From: a virus
Taxonomy: Duplodnaviria; Caudoviricetes
IMG/VR virus record: IMGVR_UViG_3300028887_000070
Location: 32,001 to 96,000 of that record
Reading direction: 5' to 3' (one strand)
Length of the DNA stretch: 64,000 nucleotides
Shown here: positions 57,073-64,000 of the stretch, piece after piece
How positions within the stretch are numbered: position 1 is the first letter of the stretch
Layout of the letters: every line of letters starts with the position of its first letter
Made by a program: the position numbers and the translations under genes
Notes under the pieces: generated by a model
The model's input: the letters and a program-made list of their open reading frames with translations, nothing else
Told to the model about the DNA's origin: nothing
Database searches by the model: none

Positions 57073-60000
57073 TTAGAATGAAGGATCATCTCCTACAACG
57101 GTCATAGAAGTGATTCTTCCCTTAGCATCAAATACACAAACGAACTCCTTACCATCATTACTGTCAATAGTAGTGTCAGTGTAGAGTCCTGAGTATCCTG
57201 AAGCAGAAGGATTGTATATCGGAACCTTACCATCATCAGTACCAGATATAGTGAGAGTGTCATCCCATCTAAATGTGAGTACTCTTGTAGTTGATCTAAG
57301 GATTCCTTCCTCCGCCGTTGCATAGTAAAGACCATCAACGTAATCATTTGAGAACTTGGTATCCGATGTATTGAATACTGAGCTAATCTTAGAAGCTGCA
57401 GAAGATGAATGGTGACCAGAGATCTTGAAGAATCCGAGTGCAAGAGGAGCCTTTCTTCCTTCTACAGAACCAGTAGTCTCTTCCCTTTCAGCAATGTAGT
57501 GGTAGAAGACCTTTCTGTTGAGTATCTCTTGGAATCCAGACTTGATATAGAATCTGTGATTAGCAGTGTCTATCTCTATACGAGCTGGATATCCAGCTAT
57601 GAATACTATAGGAGCAGTCAGCGACATATCTGCTAATCTTTCTATAAGTCCGTCTTCAGTATTAACCTCGTCGAATGCTATTCCTGTAGCATCATGAGAC
57701 TGTTTAACTACCTTAAACATGAATGCTTCATACCTTACAGGCTCAGAATCTCCAGTAAGATAGTCAGCAGCTATGTCAGTAAGTCCCTTGAATGATGCTC
57801 CTAAGATAGGACAGATAACAGGAAGTATTGTATCTACTTCTTTACCCATAGATCCAGTGTTAGCATCGATATACCAGTATGCTGGAAGTGTAGAGATGTC
57901 TATAATCATTGAGTCTGACCAGAACGCCTTAGCCCAGTTATATCTATCGTAACCTTCGATAGCCATACCAGTACTTGTACCGTCTGAGTTGTAGATCATA
58001 GCGTAACCAGTTGTAGCTTGTCTATTATGCTCTTCTAACTTACGATTAGACTTAGCATAACGCTTCATTCCTGCAAGAGGACCAGCTATGTCTATACTTC
58101 TATTAGAACTAAGTCCTAACAGAAGATCCTTCCAGTTGATAGTATCAGCTTCAATAAGATCTACACCAGTACCAGTAAGAAGAAGCTTATCACCATTCTC
58201 ATCAGTTAGCGAAAGTGCAGTTACCTTCTTCAGACCAGTAGTAACTTTAGCCACATTGATTCTGTTAGCCTCATTTACTGAGTAGTCTATAGTAGGATCA
58301 GTCTTGTCTCTGAGGAATGTATCTATACCACCATGAGGATGATCTGATGTTACATTGAACTCATACATTGCTGTTGTAGAATATGAGTTCTCTGCTTGCC
58401 AAGTGATCGCAGTGTTTGCATCAAAGAAGCTCATCTTAGTATTGATAGTTTCAAAGTTTCTATTTTGATCTGTGATTTTGGCTTTACCCTGTCCATTACC
58501 TATATCCTTAGTAAAGAGATCATACATGAAATCATACAGACTTCTGTACTTAGTCTTACTTGCATCAGTATAGATGAACTTCTCGTCGATACCTCTGTTG
58601 TACATAGCCATCTTCTCAAGAGCAGTAGACTCATTTCTGTCGAAGAGTTTCCAACAGTCTATAGTCTTAAACCACTTCTGGAAGTCGATTCCGTACTGTG
58701 TATCTGGACGAGGAGGGAACTCATTCATCCTAGGTACTCTTGGATAAGGACAGCTAGGCTGATAGAATGCTATTGATGAAGGAACAACTTGAACCACAGA
58801 GTATGGGAACAGTCTTACACCTCTAGGTCTTATGATATACTTATTTCTATCACAAGTAACACTCTCCCAAGAACTTGTTGAAGCGTTCCATATATGCTGA
58901 ACGAGATTCTCTTGATAGAATACATCGTTCTGTTGTACATCTGTAGAACCAGGAGATGCAGGAGTAAAGTGAAGTGTGATAGATCTCTCGTACCAACCAT
59001 AAGTCTTATGTGCATCATCATCCTGACCAGTGTAGTAATAGAGTGTCTTATCCACTGCAGCAGTCTTATAAGCCTCATACATAGTCTTAGTTACTACTGT
59101 AGTAAACTCTCTATCCTCAAAGAGTCGGAAGGAATCTATGTGCATTTCATCTACACCAAGATTCTGTACTACACTGATAGGACGTATTATCTGTCCAGGG
59201 TTACCATTTGCGGCAAACTCAGCACGAATGAACTCTTGGAGTATGAATACAGTAACACGTTCATAAAGTATTTCCTTAGTATCAAAGTTAACCATGTGAG
59301 GATACTCTACATGAAGCTTACGTACTGAGAAGAAGTTTCTACCTGTGTCACCATAGTTGTTGATGAAGTGAGGTACCACATCAAAGTTAGATATCTCGTA
59401 CTCGAATGTGTACTTTGGAGTAGCAAGATTGGTTCCTATGAGAAACTTAGCGTTATCCTGTGAGTAATCAAGTTGTATTTCAGAAGTGAAAGTTGTACCA
59501 TGACTACTGTCATCAAGCTTGTATACAATATCTTCGATGTCCTCGGCGATATGAACAACTCTGAAGTTAAACATAACCTCTTTACATTGGTCTTCGGAGA
59601 TACCTGTAGCTGTCTTGATATCTTCAATGATGCTATCAGACATCAAGTAAGTTGCTGTACAATGACGGTCATCTGTAGTAGGTGTAACAGATGTCTTGTC
59701 GAAAGGATCGATTGTAGAAGAGAGTTCTACGAACTGATCGTCATTAGAACCAAACAGGCCATTGCCGCTACCAGCAAGCACGAGATGACTATTTGAAGGA
59801 TTGCTGAACATATCTATTCCAATGTTCTTGCTACCATTAGCTCCAGTATTCCACCAATGAGTAGTGATGTATGGAGCATAGTCAGAGTTCTCTATATTGA
59901 TCTCAGTGTTTACACCATTGATCTTGAAGCTTATTGGTCTCTGAGACGTAAGAGATATGTAGTTATCTACGTCTCTTACAGGAACGAACTTAATACCTTG

Positions 60001-61452
60001 GTTCATATATTCTACGCTAGTACCAACGTCTGTAAAGGCTACAGTCAGATAATACTTAGGAAGCTCATTCAGTTCTTTGATATACTCAAAATATCCTCCA
60101 GGATATGGAGTAAGTCTAAGCGGATTAGAACCATTATCTCTATCCATGATACTCTGGTAAGCAGATGCAGGATCAGAAGAGTAAGGTATAGCATATTTTG
60201 TTCTGAAGGGTTCTGAGAGATTACCTATAGTCTGTATAATAGCCTGAGTTGCTAATATAGTAGCATATCCTCCAGCAAGTTTACCATAGACTGATCCGTA
60301 TTCGCCAGAATCTCCATTAGGAGTCATGAATGCACATACAGCTACGTTAGACTGAAGACGATTAAGGTCATCTATTTCAACGTTTGCTATAGGAGCCATT
60401 GCAAGTCCTTTATCACCACTCTCTGGTTGATAAGGATAGAACTGATACATCACAAGATCTTCATTATTCCTGATGAGAGAGTAGTTCATACAGTTGTTCT
60501 TCTGAATTGAAGCTGCTCTTGAGAGAAGATTGTATGATGTGCCTACAGTAGCATTTATAACTTCTTCTATTTCTCTGTCGAGATCTACTGAGAACATCTT
60601 AACTGTACCAGGTGCATTTGTGTCTACAGGGAAAATAAGGTCATACTGAGTAGACTCATCAGTAGTATTATTGATCGAACTGCAATACAGAGTAGGCTGA
60701 GGATCTATATTGTCCGATATGTACAACTGAGAAGGGTTGATGTCTACAAAGTACATGTATGCTTTGTCGGCATCTCTTGAAACTGTAGCGTATGCCTTAT
60801 TAGTCTTCTTCTGTGCAAGAAACAGTACAGATGCTTTGCCTTTCTTAGTCTTAAGCTTACTCGTAGTGGTTTGCATAGAACTTCTAAGAGTATGGTCTGT
60901 GTTCAGAGTATCATAGTATTCTTCTGGATACTGTCTTTTTGTACTACTAGAACCTTCAGCCGTACTATATCTGTAGAAGCTTAATGGGTTTATAGACTTC
61001 ATATCTATGATAGGGTCAGCATCACTTACAAGTGATGAGCTATCATCTTCTATTATCTGTCTTTTGAACTCTTTGAATGATCCTCCACCTATATCGTCAG
61101 TAGGAGCTATGAAGATCTTGTTAGCATCGAGATCTATAAGAGCCATTACATAGTCTCCGACTGCTGGAAGAGAGTCAAGTGGATCCCCATCAAAGTTGAA
61201 GCATTCGTCTTTGGTAAACTCTGCCACTAAGTCGTTGTTCTGGTTCTTTACATCAAATACCTTATGCCAAGAACTGTATGGAAAGTTAGGGAGAGTAGCA
61301 GTTGCTATGTATTCTTTGAGTATAATTCCTTTGACCTTAACTGGATATGACGTATCCATTGTAAGGTGATTGACTGCTGGTGCAGACGATCCAGGTTCTT
61401 GTGTAAGCGTATGGATAAGATCCATACGTCTTATGAGAAGATCTGTACTCAT
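57073..61452 (-). CDS. Very large virion structural protein (tail/baseplate-associated)
   Basis: 1459 aa, beta-rich, late promoter 61479-61490; ALSLTD..G..L...G....I..D.I.W.DLL..L..N.SID block. Confidence 0.6.
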   Translation of the reverse strand: MSTDLLIRRMDLIHTLTQEPGSSAPAVNHLTMDTSYPVKVKGIILKEYIATATLPNFPYSSWHKVFDVKNQNNDLVAEFTKDECFNFDGDPLDSLPAVGDYVMALIDLDANKIFIAPTDDIGGGSFKEFKRQIIEDDSSSLVSDADPIIDMKSINPLSFYRYSTAEGSSSTKRQYPEEYYDTLNTDHTLRSSMQTTTSKLKTKKGKASVLFLAQKKTNKAYATVSRDADKAYMYFVDINPSQLYISDNIDPQPTLYCSSINNTTDESTQYDLIFPVDTNAPGTVKMFSVDLDREIEEVINATVGTSYNLLSRAASIQKNNCMNYSLIRNNEDLVMYQFYPYQPESGDKGLAMAPIANVEIDDLNRLQSNVAVCAFMTPNGDSGEYGSVYGKLAGGYATILATQAIIQTIGNLSEPFRTKYAIPYSSDPASAYQSIMDRDNGSNPLRLTPYPGGYFEYIKELNELPKYYLTVAFTDVGTSVEYMNQGIKFVPVRDVDNYISLTSQRPISFKINGVNTEINIENSDYAPYITTHWWNTGANGSKNIGIDMFSNPSNSHLVLAGSGNGLFGSNDDQFVELSSTIDPFDKTSVTPTTDDRHCTATYLMSDSIIEDIKTATGISEDQCKEVMFNFRVVHIAEDIEDIVYKLDDSSHGTTFTSEIQLDYSQDNAKFLIGTNLATPKYTFEYEISNFDVVPHFINNYGDTGRNFFSVRKLHVEYPHMVNFDTKEILYERVTVFILQEFIRAEFAANGNPGQIIRPISVVQNLGVDEMHIDSFRLFEDREFTTVVTKTMYEAYKTAAVDKTLYYYTGQDDDAHKTYGWYERSITLHFTPASPGSTDVQQNDVFYQENLVQHIWNASTSSWESVTCDRNKYIIRPRGVRLFPYSVVQVVPSSIAFYQPSCPYPRVPRMNEFPPRPDTQYGIDFQKWFKTIDCWKLFDRNESTALEKMAMYNRGIDEKFIYTDASKTKYRSLYDFMYDLFTKDIGNGQGKAKITDQNRNFETINTKMSFFDANTAITWQAENSYSTTAMYEFNVTSDHPHGGIDTFLRDKTDPTIDYSVNEANRINVAKVTTGLKKVTALSLTDENGDKLLLTGTGVDLIEADTINWKDLLLGLSSNRSIDIAGPLAGMKRYAKSNRKLEEHNRQATTGYAMIYNSDGTSTGMAIEGYDRYNWAKAFWSDSMIIDISTLPAYWYIDANTGSMGKEVDTILPVICPILGASFKGLTDIAADYLTGDSEPVRYEAFMFKVVKQSHDATGIAFDEVNTEDGLIERLADMSLTAPIVFIAGYPARIEIDTANHRFYIKSGFQEILNRKVFYHYIAEREETTGSVEGRKAPLALGFFKISGHHSSSAASKISSVFNTSDTKFSNDYVDGLYYATAEEGILRSTTRVLTFRWDDTLTISGTDDGKVPIYNPSASGYSGLYTDTTIDSNDGKEFVCVFDAKGRITSMTVVGDDPSF

Positions 61453-61523
61453 TACGTTTCCTCCTTTGTGTTGATTGTTACTTAGATGTTTCGGGACAAG
61501 AAAAAATAAGGGCAGGGGAGAGC

Positions 61524-62330
61524 CTAGTGCTCTCCCCTTCTTGTCAAGAGATACAGTTCGGAGACTACTGTATTCAGACTCATCAACAGGCTGTAGTTGT
61601 AATCAATGTTCAACGCTCCCCTATATGGTGGGTCTGGTGCCCTATCTATTGTGAACTCACTGACGAATCCAGGCATGATCCGAAAGTGAGACTGACTGTT
61701 GAACTCCCTATACCATTCGACAGGGAGTGATCTATTGATATACTCTTTCGATATACCACTTAGATAGTTGATAGCGGACTCAGTTCTTCCGTTCAATAGG
61801 TGGCCGAAGAGAGTACAGAGGAATGTAATCCAAGTGTCGGTGTGAATGGGAAGTGCTTCATCTTTAATACCCTTCACGTCTATGATAGAATCTTCATCTG
61901 TAGCTACTCCGAAGAAGAATTCTAACTTAGGACACTCTGTCTTCAAGAACAAGTCGTATCGGTTCTTTAAGACAAACTCTATAGGTGAGAACGAGGTCTG
62001 TTGTAGTGGACGAGTGATAAAGAGTGCATCTTTCTTTATCGAAACGATCTCATCCAGTTCTATAGAGTTGGATTCTATAAGAAGCCTTCTAGCTTCCTCA
62101 AAACCAGTCTCAAGTATTTGCTTGAGTTCTGGATTGTTCCTTTGCATGAGGCCTATCCTAATCTGTCGTTCTAGTTTATCCATCACTAGGAACTCATTAT
62201 AGGTCTCCTGAGATATAGCCCCATATTTCAATAAGATGGAGATGTTTGCTTTCCGTATGTCATACTCGTAGATGCTAGTCTGAATGTACCGTAGTGGTGT
62301 AGTATAGTTAGTCTTCTTCCATATGCTCAT
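61524..62330 (-). CDS. Stand-alone family-B polymerase-like palm domain protein
   Basis: IYEYDIRKANISIL (motif A-like), VSIKKDALF (motif C-like), IDVKG. Confidence 0.55.
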   Translation of the reverse strand: MSIWKKTNYTTPLRYIQTSIYEYDIRKANISILLKYGAISQETYNEFLVMDKLERQIRIGLMQRNNPELKQILETGFEEARRLLIESNSIELDEIVSIKKDALFITRPLQQTSFSPIEFVLKNRYDLFLKTECPKLEFFFGVATDEDSIIDVKGIKDEALPIHTDTWITFLCTLFGHLLNGRTESAINYLSGISKEYINRSLPVEWYREFNSQSHFRIMPGFVSEFTIDRAPDPPYRGALNIDYNYSLLMSLNTVVSELYLLTRRGEH

Positions 62331-62345
62331 ACGTATCCCCTCCTA

Positions 62346-62828
62346 TCAGTATGGAGGATCATTTGGAAGATCGCTCCATCCAAAGTTTTCTCGAACCCAT
62401 CCGAGATCAAGTTCAATCTGCTCTAATCCTCTATCAGAGAATGTAGCTTCCTTGATCGTACTGATGTCTTCTGGTTCTTTGACTATATTACTTACACACC
62501 CATACATCATCAAGAGATATCCTGCCATAGTTTCAGCAAGATACTCCGCATATGGAATGCTGAAGTCAACTAAGATAACAACGTCATTACCATAGTGAAC
62601 GTAACGCATGATGTCTACAATCGCTTTGTGAGCTTCTGGACTAGCCGTCCACAAGTTATAACAGAAACGATTGAACTGAGCATCATCATTGTACATAGCA
62701 TAGTTGTTACTATAGTTGAAGGGGTCCAAGATAGCTACGCTATTGAACCCCTCCTTATATGAGCACAATGTAAATATCATTGTGTCTGTAGTACTTATTG
62801 CAAATGGGAATTGACTGAAAGCAATCAT
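62346..62828 (-). CDS. Hypothetical protein
   Basis: Overlapping operonic ORF. Confidence 0.7.
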   Translation of the reverse strand: MIAFSQFPFAISTTDTMIFTLCSYKEGFNSVAILDPFNYSNNYAMYNDDAQFNRFCYNLWTASPEAHKAIVDIMRYVHYGNDVVILVDFSIPYAEYLAETMAGYLLMMYGCVSNIVKEPEDISTIKEATFSDRGLEQIELDLGWVRENFGWSDLPNDPPY

Positions 62829-63409
62829 CTCTGATCACCCCACATAGGAGTGAACAACATCTGCTGCTGTGGCTGCTGAGGTAGCGGATAGATTCCGTAT
62901 GCATAAGCCTTGTTCTGTATCTGTCCTACATATGCTTGGTGGATACTGGATGCCTGAGGCGGCTGTGGGAATGTAGCTATTAAAATACCATAGAAGTCTC
63001 TTAAGACATCAAACAGAACATTTGTGAATGCTCTCGGGTCTAAAGGATTCACTATCTTGTCTCCACCCTCCTGATAGAAGATGAAGTCGATATCCTCAAA
63101 GAGCATCTTAGCTGCAATAATTGAGATGAACTCATCTATTGCTGGAGTCATATCTGACTTAACAAGATACATCTTATAGTTGATCTCGAAGTTGTATCTG
63201 TCTCCATTCTGTAAGAACGCAAAGCAGTTCAAATCAGGAAGCAGAATACTTCCAATCAATACATTCTGAGCTGCCATAGCCTGAACTTGTGCCTGATCAA
63301 TCATAGGATCATCAAGCAAAATAACAAAGTGATTACGTCCATTGTTAGTAAGAGTCTGTCTTACCATTCCAAGGTCGTTAGCATTGTTTATATAGTACGC
63401 AAGTGCCAT
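62825..63409 (-). CDS. Hypothetical protein
   Basis: AAGGAGG RBS; Gln/Pro-rich C-terminus. Confidence 0.75.
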   Translation of the reverse strand: MALAYYINNANDLGMVRQTLTNNGRNHFVILLDDPMIDQAQVQAMAAQNVLIGSILLPDLNCFAFLQNGDRYNFEINYKMYLVKSDMTPAIDEFISIIAAKMLFEDIDFIFYQEGGDKIVNPLDPRAFTNVLFDVLRDFYGILIATFPQPPQASSIHQAYVGQIQNKAYAYGIYPLPQQPQQQMLFTPMWGDQR

Positions 63410-63468
63410 ACTAGTACCTCCTTTTCTATAGTGTTAGGGGGTGAGTAAAATCACCCCACACATTATGC

Positions 63469-64000
63469 TTAGTGACGCTTCTTGTTGTTCTTCTTATTCT
63501 TACCGCCACCGTTATAGTCGTTGTTCCTGTTGTTCTTCTTGTTCTGCTTGTTAGCGTACTTCTTAGCTCTCGCTGCCTTAGCAGGATCATAGTAACCAAC
63601 AGGTGTATTGTTTGTGATGATTGAAGAGGTTGTGATGGTCATTGAATCATCATCGTCTTCTTCAGGATTGAAGTTCTCGTCGACATAGTCTCTGAACGAC
63701 TTCTCCTCTTCACCCCAATCTTCTCCTTCCTTTCTAGGCTGAGGAGCGAAAGTTGATGAATTGTATTCCTGCTTCTCAGGATTAGGCGTTGTATCGCCAG
63801 GCTTAATCATCCAAGGGAACAGCTGACCTTTCTCGGCAGCGTCTTTGATAATCTTTGCCTTTTCTTCTTCGTCATCGATATATGACTCATCTTCATCATA
63901 CTTATTCAGAAGAATGTCATCATCTGAGAGTTTTACTTCAACAGTGTCTTCTACTCCTGCATAAGCAGCAGTGTCACTTTCAGAGATCACTACAGGATCT
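63469..64000 (-). CDS. C-terminal part of an acidic protein with Asn/Lys-rich tail (5' end outside window)
   Basis: Frame open to the window edge. Confidence 0.65.
   Translation of the reverse strand, partial: DPVVISESDTAAYAGVEDTVEVKLSDDDILLNKYDEDESYIDDEEEKAKIIKDAAEKGQLFPWMIKPGDTTPNPEKQEYNSSTFAPQPRKEGEDWGEEEKSFRDYVDENFNPEEDDDDSMTITTSSIITNNTPVGYYDPAKAARAKKYANKQNKKNNRNNDYNGGGKNKKNNKKRH

Noticed and set aside
1-64000. Alternative genetic code (stop-codon reassignment, as in some gut jumbo phages)
   Set aside because: Core genes are full-length in code 11, and TAA, TAG and TGA all end genes right before terminators or the next RBS. Only one isolated read-through candidate was seen.
1-64000. CRISPR array, tRNA, tmRNA or rRNA
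   Set aside because: No regularly spaced direct repeats or cloverleaf/T-loop signatures were seen by eye. A tRNAscan/Infernal run would be needed to exclude divergent ones.
1-64000. Phage nucleus (chimallin) or PhuZ tubulin genes
   Set aside because: No recognisable candidates in this window, so nothing can be said about the rest of the genome.

Overview
This is a 64-kb internal segment of a jumbo myophage of the AR9/PBS1 (phiKZ-related) type. Its host is probably a Firmicute: the genes have strong AGGAGG RBSs, and a GH25 lysin, BspA-type LRRs and a Thr-rich surface protein suggest a Ruminococcus-like Clostridia host (inference). It encodes a large terminase, two DxDGD-bearing RNAP beta' N-terminal subunits (non-virion and virion), a further beta' fragment, an AR9 gp226-like promoter-specificity subunit next to a GroEL-like chaperonin, a primase, RNase H, a family-B-like palm protein, baseplate/virion proteins, a holin-like protein and an endolysin. 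Two phage promoter classes are readable directly from the sequence: about 22 AAC(A)-N6-TA late sites and 11 TRYATAYYAT early sites. Using them exposes a non-coding layer: a promoter/terminator-delimited ~210-nt sRNA, a late antisense RNA against an RBS/start region, an 11-codon micropeptide in a pseudoknotted transcript, and two early genes with long structured leaders (one with an attenuator, one with a 5'-3' fold-back). Other highlights are a Tad2-like fusion next to a WDGH-motif gene, a tandemly duplicated [HTH-HTH-large protein] module, a probable -1 frameshift in the gp26-like tail-chaperone gene and an early-expressed ABC exporter. Homology calls rest on motif recognition and recalled sequences, not on searches. 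No CRISPR array, tRNA or rRNA was seen.
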